Of a stretch of DNA of 64,000 nucleotides, positions 18,776-28,008 are shown piece by piece (positions within the stretch are counted from its first letter, which is position 1; each line of letters starts with the position of its first letter). The notes beneath the pieces are model-generated. The model made no database searches. It was not told where the DNA came from and saw nothing but the letters and a program-made list of their open reading frames with translations. The position numbers were made by a program, and so were the translations under genes. Source of the DNA: an uncultured Bacteroidales bacterium (lineage in GTDB: Bacteria > Bacteroidota > Bacteroidia > Bacteroidales > Muribaculaceae); NCBI GenBank assembly GCA_900552315.1, contig URZM01000001.1, positions 1,104 through 65,103 of the forward strand. The letters run 5' to 3'.

Positions 18776-20353
18776 ATGCGTAAAATACTTGTTTTCATCG
18801 TTGCCTTCACTTATATGCTGGCTGTGACTGCGGCTTGTTCCCGCCATGACGGCCCCGTAGGGATGGAGAATGAGCTTGACCGCCTGGACCGGACTCTCCA
18901 GAGCGCAGAAAAGTTTGACAACAGGAAGAAACACCGCCTCGACTCGCTCCATAACCTGCTTGACGCCACGCCTGCACAGGACGTGGACCGCATGTGGAAG
19001 CTCAATATGGCACTGGGAGAGCAATATCTGGCTTTTTGCTCGGATTCATCGGCCTATTTTTTTAACCGGGCGCACAAATTGGCCGAGTCCAACGGCCTTG
19101 CTGACGAAGAGATTGACAGCCGCATATCGTTGGCATACGCACAGAGCGCCGCAGGTCTGTTCACGCTCGCTCACAACACGCTGACGGCGCTCGACACGAT
19201 ACCGCTTGACCCTGTAAGGCAGATTGAGTATGCCAAGGTGGCGCGGCAGCTCTATTCTTATATGGAGGAGTATGCCAAAGGACATGAGAACGAGGCCGAC
19301 TATAAGGGCAAGGGCTTGGAGTATGAGCAGTATCTCATCACGCACTTGCCGGAGATGGACCCGTATGGCAGATTCCTGCACGCGCAGCAGCTTCACCGCT
19401 CCGGGAGCACGGCCCAGGCCCGCAAGCTGGCCCTGGAGCTCCTGAAAACGTTGCCTGAAGACGCCAACCTATATGGCATGACGGCATACCTTATGGCCCA
19501 GATCGCACGTTCCGAGGGCAAGGATACGGAGTATGGCAAGTATCTGGCCATTGCCTCTATATCTGACGTGAAGGCGAGCGTCAAGGAGACGATGGCGTTG
19601 CCAGCGCTTGCCAAATGGCTGTACAACAAAGGGGAGGTGGACAGGGCCTACCGATATATAAACACATCGCTTCAGGACGCCATGACCTCCAATGCGCGTA
19701 TGAGGACAGTGGAGATAGCCTCTCTGCTCCCGCTTGTGGACGAGTCGTACCGAAAGAAGATGTCTTCCTCGCGTGACGAGCTTATGCTTTATCTCGCCTT
19801 GGTGGTGCTCCTGTTCGCCGTGGCTGGTGGCCTGTTGGCCGCCGTGTTCCGCAACATGAGGCGCATGTCCTCTATAAACCGCAAGTTGGCACAGCAGACA
19901 AAGGTGCAGGAATCATATATAGGACATTTCCTGGGGCTGTGCTCGTCATATTCCGAGAAACTGGACTCTATGCGCCGCATGGTGAACCGCAAGATAGCCG
20001 CCGGGCAGACCGATGAGTTGCTCAAGATGCTCAAAAGCGGAAAATACACGGACCCGGAGAACGATGATTTCTTCGCAGTGTTCGACGAGACTTTCCTGGA
20101 CCTTTACCCTACGTTCCTCGATGAGCTCAACGCGTTGCTTAAGCCGGAATGTCGCCTCTCGCATAAGCGCGGCACGCCTCTCTCCACGGAGATACGCATC
20201 TATGCCTTCGTGCGTCTGGGAGTAGAGGAGAGTGTCAAGATAGCGCAGATCCTTCATTGCTCCGTCTCCACGATATACACCTACAGGAACCGTATGAGAG
20301 GGCGCGCGCAGAACAGGGAGACCTTCGAAAGAGATGTCCTGGCCATAGGCTGA
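18776..20353 (+). CDS. DUF6377/SusR-like membrane-spanning transcriptional regulator
   Basis: Signal peptide, periplasmic TPR-like region, one TM helix, then FDETFLDLYPTF...TEIRIYAFVRLG...IAQILHCSVSTIYTYRNRMR HTH. Confidence 0.85.
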   Translation: MRKILVFIVAFTYMLAVTAACSRHDGPVGMENELDRLDRTLQSAEKFDNRKKHRLDSLHNLLDATPAQDVDRMWKLNMALGEQYLAFCSDSSAYFFNRAHKLAESNGLADEEIDSRISLAYAQSAAGLFTLAHNTLTALDTIPLDPVRQIEYAKVARQLYSYMEEYAKGHENEADYKGKGLEYEQYLITHLPEMDPYGRFLHAQQLHRSGSTAQARKLALELLKTLPEDANLYGMTAYLMAQIARSEGKDTEYGKYLAIASISDVKASVKETMALPALAKWLYNKGEVDRAYRYINTSLQDAMTSNARMRTVEIASLLPLVDESYRKKMSSSRDELMLYLALVVLLFAVAGGLLAAVFRNMRRMSSINRKLAQQTKVQESYIGHFLGLCSSYSEKLDSMRRMVNRKIAAGQTDELLKMLKSGKYTDPENDDFFAVFDETFLDLYPTFLDELNALLKPECRLSHKRGTPLSTEIRIYAFVRLGVEESVKIAQILHCSVSTIYTYRNRMRGRAQNRETFERDVLAIG

Positions 20354-20519
20354 GGGTGCATATCACCCCTCTGAAGATGATTGGATATTATATACAGGTC
20401 TATATCAGACTTATATTTTGATTCATATACTATATTGTAAATCAATATTTTAAAATTTAAAAAACTTATATTTAAGCTATATTGTACCCACACTATTTGC
20501 AGAAGGTGCCATGTCGCAG

Positions 20520-20527
20520 TAATTTTG
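20520..20527 (+). promoter_or_regulatory. Bacteroidetes -7 promoter element downstream of the regulator
   Basis: TAATTTTG preceded by an AT-rich tract. Confidence 0.6.
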
Positions 20528-20532
20528 CAATG

Positions 20533-20793
20533 TCGAAATAAAACAGCCGACAAGCCGCCAAAGGGCGGGAGGGCTTCCGGCCCGGTCGGTTTCGGCATCT
20601 GATTCAGACAATAGCAATGTCTATTAAGATATAGTAGATTTTTCATAAGAGATATTACGGTAGAAAGAAGAAGATTAGGTTAGTAATTAAGATATTCGTA
20701 AATAAATCGTTTATGTTAGGTTTGTAGAAAAATTTAAAGAAGAAAGTTTTTTTAAACTGTGGATAATTCGTGAGAACAGTCCACAGTTTTTTT
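20533..20793 (+). ncRNA. Candidate small regulatory RNA (FopS-like architecture)
   Basis: Promoter, 5' GC hairpins, U/A/G-rich body containing UUUUUCAUAAG and UUAGGUU twice, terminator; no credible + strand gene. Ends are approximate. Confidence 0.5.
20754..20793 (+). terminator. Intrinsic terminator
   Basis: aaactgtgga...tccacagttt stem ending in a 7-T tract. Confidence 0.75.
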
Positions 20794-20820
20794 ATGTCTT
20801 CACATTTGCCAGTCAGATGT

Positions 20821-21006
20821 CGAGGGATGGCTCTGACGAGGGATGGCTCTGAGAGGTGGCGAGAGGGGTTCTTGTGCGTGGAGTGCGGAGTGCGGCGGTA
20901 GTGAGAGTGTGGCAGGTTGGTGTGATTGACGCGGTGTGTTGTGATGGGAGCCTGGTGGGTTGGTGTGATTGACGCGGTGGGTGGCTGTGATGGGTGGCTG
21001 TGATGG
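20821..21006. repeat. Cluster of short local duplications in G/T-skewed low-complexity DNA
   Basis: cgagggatggctctga x2 in tandem (20821-20852); ggttggtgtgattgacgcggtg at 20915 and 20958; gggtggctgtgat x2. Confidence 0.8.
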
Positions 21007-21252
21007 AAGGCAGGTGTAAAAATGGTCAGCGTGCATGTCTGCAAAGGCATGCACGCTGGATGTGTTGGCTCGCTGGACCGTTGGTGTGCGGGAGGTCCCG
21101 TAGATGAGTGGTTCGCGAGGGCCGGCTCGTTGAGTCGGTAAGTGAGGGGAAGCGGTTGTTTTAGAGAGGAGAGCGGTTGGTCCGAGAGGGGAGCAGTCGG
21201 TTTGGTGAGGGGAGCGGCCCTTTTGGGGAAGGCACGGCGGTGCATGGGTGTG

Positions 21253-22233
21253 TCAGATGGAGAGGCGGCGCAAGGTAGCCAGGAGTTCCTGGTTTATGGG
21301 CTTGTCGTTCTTTATGGCCTTGGTGAAGGGCACGTAGACGATTTCATCGTTCTTGATGCCTATCATTACGTTGCGTTGGTCATCGAGCAGCGCGTCAACG
21401 GCGGCCGCTCCCATGCGTGAGGCTATGATGCGGTCGAAAGCCGTGGGCGAGCCGCCGCGTTGCAGGTGGCCGAGTATGGTCACTCGCACGTCATACTCCG
21501 GGTATTCGGTCTTCACCCTTTCGGCCAGGCCCATGGCGCCTCCTGTGATGGGACTTTCGGCCACAAGTACGATAGACGAGTTCTTGCTCTTGCGGAACCC
21601 GGACTTTATGAGGTCGTCCAGCTGGTCAGCCTTTGTCGATATTTCCGGTATGATGGCTGCTTCCGCTCCGGCGGCTATCGCGCCGTTCAGGGCGAGGAAT
21701 CCGGCGTCGCGGCCCATTACCTCGATGAAGAACAGGCGCTCGTGGCTTGTGGCCGTGTCACGTATCTTGTCCACACATTCCATGATGGTGTTGAGCGCCG
21801 TGTCATATCCTATGGTGGAGTCCGTACCGTACAGGTCATTGTCTATTGTGCCCGGCAGCCCCACTATGGGGAATGAGAACTCGTTTCCGAATATGCGCGC
21901 TCCGGTAAGGGAGCCGTCGCCGCCTATGACCACCAGGGCGTCTATCTCGTGACGGCGGAGCACGTCATAAGCGCATTGCCGTCCTTCCTCGGTCTGGAAC
22001 TCTTTGCAGCGTGCGGTCTTGAGGATGGTGCCTCCGCGCTGTATGATGTTGGAGACGTTCTGAGTTGAAAATTCCTCGATTTCATCGGTGATAAGGCCCC
22101 TGTAACCGCGATATATGCCGTAGACCTTGAACCCTGCGAAGATGGATGCGCGGGTCACCGCGCGTATAGCCGCGTTCATGCCGGGGGCGTCGCCTCCGGA
22201 GGTGAGGATACCTACAGATTTGATTTTAGCCAT
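21253..22233 (-). CDS. pfkA: ATP-dependent 6-phosphofructokinase
   Basis: [29 protein letters not shown] and GHLQRGG motifs. Confidence 0.97.
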   Translation of the reverse strand: MAKIKSVGILTSGGDAPGMNAAIRAVTRASIFAGFKVYGIYRGYRGLITDEIEEFSTQNVSNIIQRGGTILKTARCKEFQTEEGRQCAYDVLRRHEIDALVVIGGDGSLTGARIFGNEFSFPIVGLPGTIDNDLYGTDSTIGYDTALNTIMECVDKIRDTATSHERLFFIEVMGRDAGFLALNGAIAAGAEAAIIPEISTKADQLDDLIKSGFRKSKNSSIVLVAESPITGGAMGLAERVKTEYPEYDVRVTILGHLQRGGSPTAFDRIIASRMGAAAVDALLDDQRNVMIGIKNDEIVYVPFTKAIKNDKPINQELLATLRRLSI

Positions 22234-22367
22234 AGGAAATAATTTTTGGGTGTATATTTTGCGTAAAATTTCTTTGTCCGGGGTTCTGCCTTTCGTCTCT
22301 GCAAAGTTAGAAAAAAGGGGCGAGTCTACCAAATATCACGGAATATTCTTAACTTTGCAGGTTGAAA

Positions 22368-22472
22368 ACGTCCGGCCTGACGCACATCGACGTCAGGTGC
22401 CCGTTTCAGCAGGCTTATGGCTGATGAAATCGGGGAGTCCAGGCTGTCGAGGCACTTGCCTGTCTTGGACGT
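22368..22472 (+). ncRNA. ~105-nt rod-shaped RNA, probable Bacteroidales small SRP (4.5S) RNA
   Basis: TAACTTTG promoter at 22350-22357. Nested pairings acgtccgg/ttggacgt, tcgac/gtcga, cccgtttca/tgaaatcggg, cagc/gctg. Size fits 4.5S RNA, but the canonical GNRA helix-8 is not evident. Confidence 0.5.
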
Positions 22473-22504
22473 GCGGGTCTGCGAGTTTGGAAATATTTCT
22501 TGCT

Positions 22505-23143
22505 ATGTTAACAAAATACACTGATATTGTGTTTGATTTGGGCGGTGTCATTCTCGACATCGACCGGGACCGATGTGTGGGACGTCTGGAGAGCCTCGGG
22601 CTCGCGGACGCCGTGCAGATGCTGGACCTTTATTGCCAGACGGGCGATTTCCTTGCCTTGGAGGAGGGAAAGCTCAGTGCCGGAGGCTTTTTTGACGCGC
22701 TGCGCCGCAAGGCCAATACGGGAGTTAACGATATGATGATAACCGATGCGCTGTGCGATTTCATAGTGGGACTGCCTGTGCACAGGCTCCAGGCCCTGAG
22801 GCAGCTTCGTGCCGAAGGCAAGCGCCTGTATGTCCTTTCAAATACGAATCCCATCATGTACCACAGTGTCATAGACAGGTTGTTCCGGCAGGAGGGTCTC
22901 AGCATACGCGACTATTTCGATGGGGAGATAGTCTCGTTTCAGGAAAAGGTATGTAAGCCGTCGCCGGCGATATTCGACATCTTGAAACGTCGCTTCCACT
23001 TGCGAGGAGAGACGACTCTATTCCTTGACGACTCTGCGGTGAATTGCCAGGCGGCTGAGGCCAGCGGCATACACGCCGCCCTGGTGCCTCCCGGCACTGA
23101 GTTCGCGGAAATCTTGTCAATGCCATGCGCCGAGCAGATATGA
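22505..23143 (+). CDS. HAD-family phosphatase (YihX-like)
   Basis: VFDLGGVI, LSNTN, KPSPAIF and FLDDS motifs. Confidence 0.88.
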   Translation: MLTKYTDIVFDLGGVILDIDRDRCVGRLESLGLADAVQMLDLYCQTGDFLALEEGKLSAGGFFDALRRKANTGVNDMMITDALCDFIVGLPVHRLQALRQLRAEGKRLYVLSNTNPIMYHSVIDRLFRQEGLSIRDYFDGEIVSFQEKVCKPSPAIFDILKRRFHLRGETTLFLDDSAVNCQAAEASGIHAALVPPGTEFAEILSMPCAEQI

Positions 23144-24099
23144 GTGTGGATGGCAATGAAACGCGAGGCCGGGGGCTCATAGCCACTGTGGGCACGTTTG
23201 ACGGTGTGCATGTGGGTCATCTCCATCTTCTCGGCGAGCTGAAGTGTCATGCCGGGCGGCTTGGTCTGGAGCCTGTGGCCATAGTGCTGGACACTCATCC
23301 GTTGCAAATAGTGCGACCTGAGGGGGCGCCTCCCCAGCTCTCCACTTTCGATGAGCGCAGGACGGCGATCGAGTCGGAGGGTGTGAGGGTGGTACCGCTT
23401 CGTTTCACTGCTGAAAGCCGGACGGCGACCTCGGAGGAGTTCATGCGTAGAATACACGATGAAATGGGCATAAAAGCGTTGCTCGTGGGGCATGACAACC
23501 GTTTCGGAAGTGACCGATGGAATGGTCTGGAACATTATCGCTCCTGTGGGGCAAAGATAGGTCTCGAGGTTATAGAAGGGAGTTGCCTGCCAGGTGTGAG
23601 CTCGTCGGCGGTGCGTAAATTGCTTGCTGCGGGCAACGTGGAGGAGGGCAACCGGCTCTTGGGACATCCGTATGAGCTTGATGGCATCGTGGTGGATGGA
23701 GCCAAGCTGGGCCGCCGGCTCGGCTTCCCGACGGCTAACTTGCGCCCCACACATGCGGAGATGCTTGTGCCGGGTCCGGGAGTGTATGCCACCTGTGTTT
23801 CTGCCGATGGAATTGGGCGTTTTATGCCTGCCATGACCAACATAGGACATCGCCCGACCGTGACGGAGGGACCCTCAACCCTCTCCATAGAGACGCATAT
23901 CCTTGATTTTGACGGAGACATCTACGGCAAGCGGATGAGGATCCTGTTCTTGAAAAGGCTGCGGGACGAAATACGTTTCGACTCGCTTGAGGCTCTCGTG
24001 GCGCAATTGCATCACGACGCTGACGAGGCACGTGCGAGGCTTGGCGCGTCCATAGGCATCGAACAAACAGAAACGACCAATAGACAATATAAAAAATAA
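23140..24099 (+). CDS. ribF: Bifunctional riboflavin kinase/FAD synthetase
   Basis: GTFDGVHVGH, GHDNRFG, GRRLGFPTAN, NIGHRPT and ETHILDF; ATGA overlap with the HAD gene. Confidence 0.95.
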   Translation: MSVDGNETRGRGLIATVGTFDGVHVGHLHLLGELKCHAGRLGLEPVAIVLDTHPLQIVRPEGAPPQLSTFDERRTAIESEGVRVVPLRFTAESRTATSEEFMRRIHDEMGIKALLVGHDNRFGSDRWNGLEHYRSCGAKIGLEVIEGSCLPGVSSSAVRKLLAAGNVEEGNRLLGHPYELDGIVVDGAKLGRRLGFPTANLRPTHAEMLVPGPGVYATCVSADGIGRFMPAMTNIGHRPTVTEGPSTLSIETHILDFDGDIYGKRMRILFLKRLRDEIRFDSLEALVAQLHHDADEARARLGASIGIEQTETTNRQYKK

Positions 24100-24101
24100 A
24101 A

Positions 24102-24761
24102 ATGGAAATCATCAATTTTGCACAGACCCCGTCGCTTGTGAGCCGTTACATGCTCGAGCTCCGTGACACGGATATCCAGAAAGACCCTTTGCGCTTCCGC
24201 CACAACCTGGAGCGTATCGGTGAAATCATGGCTTACGAGATATCGAAGCGTCTCAATTATGAGAACGTGGAGGTCACCACTCCCTTAGGGACAGCCGTGT
24301 GCCAGACCCCGGCAGACCCTGTGGTCATCGGCACCATACTGCGTGCAGGGTTGCCGCTGCACCAGGGGTTCCTCAATTTCTTCGACCGCGCCGAGAACGC
24401 CTTCGTGAGCGCATACCGCAAATACCGCGAAAAGGGGGGTGACACCTTCGATGTGCTGATAGAGTACCTCGCCTCACCCTCCATCGAGGGCAAGGTGCTG
24501 ATGCTCGTGGACCCGATGCTCGCCACGGGAGCCTCCATGGAGCTGGGCTACCGCGCCCTTCAGAGCAAGGGAGAGCCTGCCCACATACATGTGGCAGCCG
24601 TTATAGCCTCGCAGGCTGCCGTGGACTATGTGTGCAAGACGTTCCCGGCAGAGAAGACAACTTTGTGGATAGGTGCCATAGACCCTGAAATCAACGCTCA
24701 CTCCTACATAATTCCCGGCCTCGGCGACGCGGGCGACCTTGCCTACGGCCAGAAGCTGTAA
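24102..24761 (+). CDS. upp: Uracil phosphoribosyltransferase
   Basis: ILRAG, DPMLATGAS and YIIPGLGDAGD motifs. Confidence 0.96.
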   Translation: MEIINFAQTPSLVSRYMLELRDTDIQKDPLRFRHNLERIGEIMAYEISKRLNYENVEVTTPLGTAVCQTPADPVVIGTILRAGLPLHQGFLNFFDRAENAFVSAYRKYREKGGDTFDVLIEYLASPSIEGKVLMLVDPMLATGASMELGYRALQSKGEPAHIHVAAVIASQAAVDYVCKTFPAEKTTLWIGAIDPEINAHSYIIPGLGDAGDLAYGQKL

Positions 24762-24860
24762 AAGTGTGTTTGGATTAAAAGAACAGACTTGAACAGGGCA
24801 ACGTGTACGACTCAGCGGAATAATTAGTAAATTCGCAGAAACGAATAATTTCTATAGTTT

Positions 24861-26033
24861 ATGAAGAAACTTCTGTTACCGATTCTGATTCTTGCCCTGT
24901 GCGCGGCCGTGGCCGAGCCGGGCTATGCGCAGACACGCAAGAAGTCGGGAGCCTCGAAGCCTCGCACCACCGCCACCCGCACCAAGTCACGCGCCGCCGC
25001 GCCTTCAGTGGTGAAAGGTGCTGAAAAGACCTTTGGCGACGAGCTCGTGACGCAGCAGTTCACTTACAAGAAAGGCAAAAGCTCCATCAGCGTGGAGTAT
25101 CCTGTTTCCGGCAATCATGAGCTGGTGTCGGCCATTAGAGGCTGGATTCGGGACATGCTTGTCAAAGACTACACCGGCGCGCTGGATACTCCGGACGCCA
25201 TGCTCAAAAAAGCGTTGACCGGCATGGAGCCGGGAGAGACCCGCAACGACGAGGTCAAAGTGATTTATTATGCCGACGGCAGGGCCGTGACCATATTGGA
25301 GAACGGCGAATGGTACGGCGGCGGGGCACATGGCATGTACTATGAGATAGGCGCGACATTCAATCCATCTGACGGCAGCCAACTCACGGTGAGCATGCTT
25401 CCGCCGATAGGCAAGATGCGTCCGTTCATCAAGAAGGGCCTGGCCGAATATTTTGATGTCAGCGTCTCCGAACTCTCCGATGTGCTGATGATGGGTGATG
25501 AAAACGACCTGGATTACCCCGAGAGCAACGTGTATGTGACACCCGAGGGTATGAATGTGCAATACTCGGCCTATGAGATCGCCCCCTTTTCGGCCGGTCT
25601 GCCCAAGGCGGTAATTCCGTTGGACAAGGAGCTCGCGGGGATGCTCTCGCCCGCAGTGCTCTCATATTTCCCCGCAGACCAGGTGGAGAAAGCCTGCAAA
25701 GTTGAGGAGGACAGCAGGATATATTTAGTTGTGAATCAGGCTCCTCAGTTCCCCGGAGGGCAGAGTGCGCTATTCAGTTGGTTGGCTAAGAACATGCGCT
25801 ATCCGGAAGCAGCTCAAGAAAGGGGCGCGCAAGGCAGAGTTATCGTAAAGTTCGTGGTTGAAAAGGATGGCTCAGTCACTCATCCTGAAATCGAGAGGGG
25901 AGCTGATGCGGCCTTGGATGCGGAGGCGGTTCGGCTTGTGAAGAAAATGCCGAAGTGGACTCCCGGCAGGAACAATGGTATTCCGGTAAGAAGTTGGTAC
26001 ACACTGCCGGTGACCTTCAAGATGTCGAATTGA
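24861..26033 (+). CDS. Secreted DUF3298 (RsiV/PdaC-like) domain fused to a TonB C-terminal domain
   Basis: Signal peptide; YGGGAHG and YEIAPFSAG motifs; then PQFPGG...RYPEAA...GRVIVKFVVEKDGS...WTPG...LPVTF. Confidence 0.8.
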   Translation: MKKLLLPILILALCAAVAEPGYAQTRKKSGASKPRTTATRTKSRAAAPSVVKGAEKTFGDELVTQQFTYKKGKSSISVEYPVSGNHELVSAIRGWIRDMLVKDYTGALDTPDAMLKKALTGMEPGETRNDEVKVIYYADGRAVTILENGEWYGGGAHGMYYEIGATFNPSDGSQLTVSMLPPIGKMRPFIKKGLAEYFDVSVSELSDVLMMGDENDLDYPESNVYVTPEGMNVQYSAYEIAPFSAGLPKAVIPLDKELAGMLSPAVLSYFPADQVEKACKVEEDSRIYLVVNQAPQFPGGQSALFSWLAKNMRYPEAAQERGAQGRVIVKFVVEKDGSVTHPEIERGADAALDAEAVRLVKKMPKWTPGRNNGIPVRSWYTLPVTFKMSN

Positions 26034-26207
26034 CCCCGGCTGTGCTCGGCCCGGTTGCGAGCTGCCTCAGAGGCCCTTCCCCCGGACTTTGCAGGTGCCT
26101 GCGTGCTGTGCGCGTGCTAAATCGAGTCCGGATTTGGATATTAGGGGGGAAATTGTTAACTTTGTGTGGTCTGATTTTTTCGGGCCACACATATTTTTTT
26201 GACTGAT

Positions 26208-26915
26208 ATGAGATTCAAGCGTATATTACTCAAGCTCTCGGGCGAGTCGCTGATGGGAGCGCAGGGCTATGGCATAGACCAGGAGCGACTGGCGGACTAT
26301 GCCGAGCAGATAAAGGAGATAGCCTCCCAAGGTGTGGAGATAAGCATCGTGATAGGGGGCGGCAACATATTCCGCGGCCTGACCGGAGCGGCCAAGGGTT
26401 TCGACCGAGTGAAGGGAGACCAGATGGGTATGCTCGCCACTGTGATCAACTCACTGGCGCTTTCGTCGGCCCTGGAGTCCATCGGTCAGCCTACACGCGT
26501 GCTGACGGCCATAGACATGCACCCGATAGGGGAGCACTACTCCAAGTGGAGAGCCATAGAGGCCATGAAGCAGGGCAAGGTGGCCATCATCTCCTGCGGC
26601 ACGGGCAACCCGTTCTTCACCACCGACACCGGCTCGGCACTCCGCGCCATAGAGACCGAGGCGGACGTGATGCTGAAAGGCACCCGCGTGGACGGAGTCT
26701 ACACCGCCGACCCGGAGAAGGATCCGACAGCCGTGAAATTCGATGACATCACGTATGACGAGGTGCTCTCGCGCGGCCTCAAGGTGATGGACGTGACGGC
26801 CACGGCGCTGGCCCGCGAGAACAATATGCCCATATACGTGTTCAACATGGACAAAAAAGGGAACCTGGCCAAGATGATGGCAGGCGAGCCGCTGGGCACC
26901 CTCGTCCATCCATAG
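26208..26915 (+). CDS. pyrH: UMP kinase
   Basis: [15 protein letters not shown] and GNPFFTTD motifs; TAACTTTG promoter at 26157-26164. Confidence 0.97.
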   Translation: MRFKRILLKLSGESLMGAQGYGIDQERLADYAEQIKEIASQGVEISIVIGGGNIFRGLTGAAKGFDRVKGDQMGMLATVINSLALSSALESIGQPTRVLTAIDMHPIGEHYSKWRAIEAMKQGKVAIISCGTGNPFFTTDTGSALRAIETEADVMLKGTRVDGVYTADPEKDPTAVKFDDITYDEVLSRGLKVMDVTATALARENNMPIYVFNMDKKGNLAKMMAGEPLGTLVHP

Positions 26916-26940
26916 GAATAATAACTTAACCCTCATAAAT

Positions 26941-27498
26941 ATGGAAGTATCCGAATATCTGCAAAATGCGGAAGACAACATGACCCTGGCGGTCGAGTAT
27001 CTGGACGACACGCTTTCCCACATCCGTGCCGGCAAGGCCAGCGCCCGTCTGCTTGACGGCATCAAGGTGGAGTATTACGGTTCGCTGGCCCCTATAAGCA
27101 ATGTGGCCAACGTCAGCGTGCCTGACGCGCGCACCATCGCCATCACCCCTTGGGAGAAAGGCATGTTCAAGGAGATAGAGAAGGCTATCATCAACTCCGA
27201 ATTGGGCGTTACCCCCGAGAACAACGGCGAGGTGATCCGTATCTGCATCCCGCCCCTTACCGAGGACCGTCGCAAGCAGCTCGTGAAGCAGAGCAAGGGC
27301 GAGGCCGAGAACGCTAAGGTGAGCGTGCGCAACGCACGCCGCGAGGCCATAGACGGCCTGAAGAAAGAGGTGAAGAACGGCCTGAGCGAGGATGTGGAGA
27401 AGGACGCAGAGAACGATGTGCAGAAGCTCCATGACAAGTTCATGAAGAAGATTGATGACCTCTTCGCAGCCAAGGAGAAGGAGATCCTCACCGTATAA
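26941..27498 (+). CDS. frr: Ribosome recycling factor
   Basis: [20 protein letters not shown] and VRNARR; follows pyrH. Confidence 0.97.
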   Translation: MEVSEYLQNAEDNMTLAVEYLDDTLSHIRAGKASARLLDGIKVEYYGSLAPISNVANVSVPDARTIAITPWEKGMFKEIEKAIINSELGVTPENNGEVIRICIPPLTEDRRKQLVKQSKGEAENAKVSVRNARREAIDGLKKEVKNGLSEDVEKDAENDVQKLHDKFMKKIDDLFAAKEKEILTV

Positions 27499-27511
27499 AC
27501 CGGAGTCTTTT

Positions 27512-27865
27512 ATGAAACGGTACGTAATCAGCGCCCTGCTTACGGCATCCATCGCGTCCGGCGCGGCCCCCGCCACATTCCCCGGCGGTCAGGAGGCGTT
27601 GGACACTTATCTGGGCAGCAATGTCAAGTATCCCGTGTTCGCGCAGGAGAACGGCATAGAGGGCACTGTCACCGTGGATTTCACGGTGTCTCCGGACGGG
27701 TCAGTGACCGGTGTTAAGATAGCTCGTCCGCTCGATCCGGACCTCGAGGCAGAGGCCATACGCGTGGTAAAGGCCATGCCGGCCTGGGTTCCAGCCACAG
27801 ACGACGCAGGCGCGCCGGTGACCTCTACCGTTAGCCTTCCGGTCAAGTTCAGGCTCACGCACTGA
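27512..27865 (+). CDS. Small secreted TonB C-terminal domain protein
   Basis: Signal peptide, FPGG...KYP...GIEGTV...DGSV...LPVKF. Confidence 0.85.
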   Translation: MKRYVISALLTASIASGAAPATFPGGQEALDTYLGSNVKYPVFAQENGIEGTVTVDFTVSPDGSVTGVKIARPLDPDLEAEAIRVVKAMPAWVPATDDAGAPVTSTVSLPVKFRLTH

Positions 27866-27904
27866 GACGGCTGACGGGTCGTACACGACTGACTCGACTG
27901 ACGA

Positions 27905-27940
27905 GTCGGACAAGTCGGACAGGTCGGACGAGTCCGACCA
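27905..27940. repeat. 9-bp tandem repeat
   Basis: gtcggacaa gtcggacag gtcggacga gtccgacca. Confidence 0.8.
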
Positions 27941-27951
27941 AGTAAGAAAAC

Positions 27952-27989
27952 AAGAGAGGCGCCATCCGCTGCGGATGGCACCTCTCTTT
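27952..27989. terminator. Bidirectional terminator
   Basis: aagagaggcgccatccgc-t-gcggatggcacctctctt between convergent genes. Confidence 0.8.
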
Positions 27990-28008
27990 ATAGTGGTTGT
28001 ACCGCTTA

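Noticed and set aside
20281..20646. Minus-strand ORF beginning MKNLLY
   Set aside because: Only the start looks gene-like. The rest crosses a promoter and the regulator's 3' end, so it is better explained as the anti-start motif of the + strand sRNA candidate.
20758..20766. Perfect DnaA box (TGTGGATAA) next to AT-rich DNA, suggesting oriC
   Set aside because: It is a single box and forms part of a terminator stem; no box cluster.
20655..21245. 196-aa His/Pro/Thr-rich ORF on the minus strand starting just after pfkA
   Set aside because: It spans low-complexity DNA whose C/A-rich strand is naturally poor in stop codons; the internal repeat periods are not multiples of 3; no recognisable domain.
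22392..22413. gtcaggt-N8-cagcag resembling the E. coli SRP helix-8 motif
   Set aside because: The inner 8 nt cannot form the GNRA-capped stem, so it was not used as evidence; the SRP call rests on size and overall fold only.
27866..27945. Possible CRISPR array
   Set aside because: Units are 9 bp with no unique spacers and no cas genes. The repeats at 20821-21006 also lack repeat-spacer periodicity.
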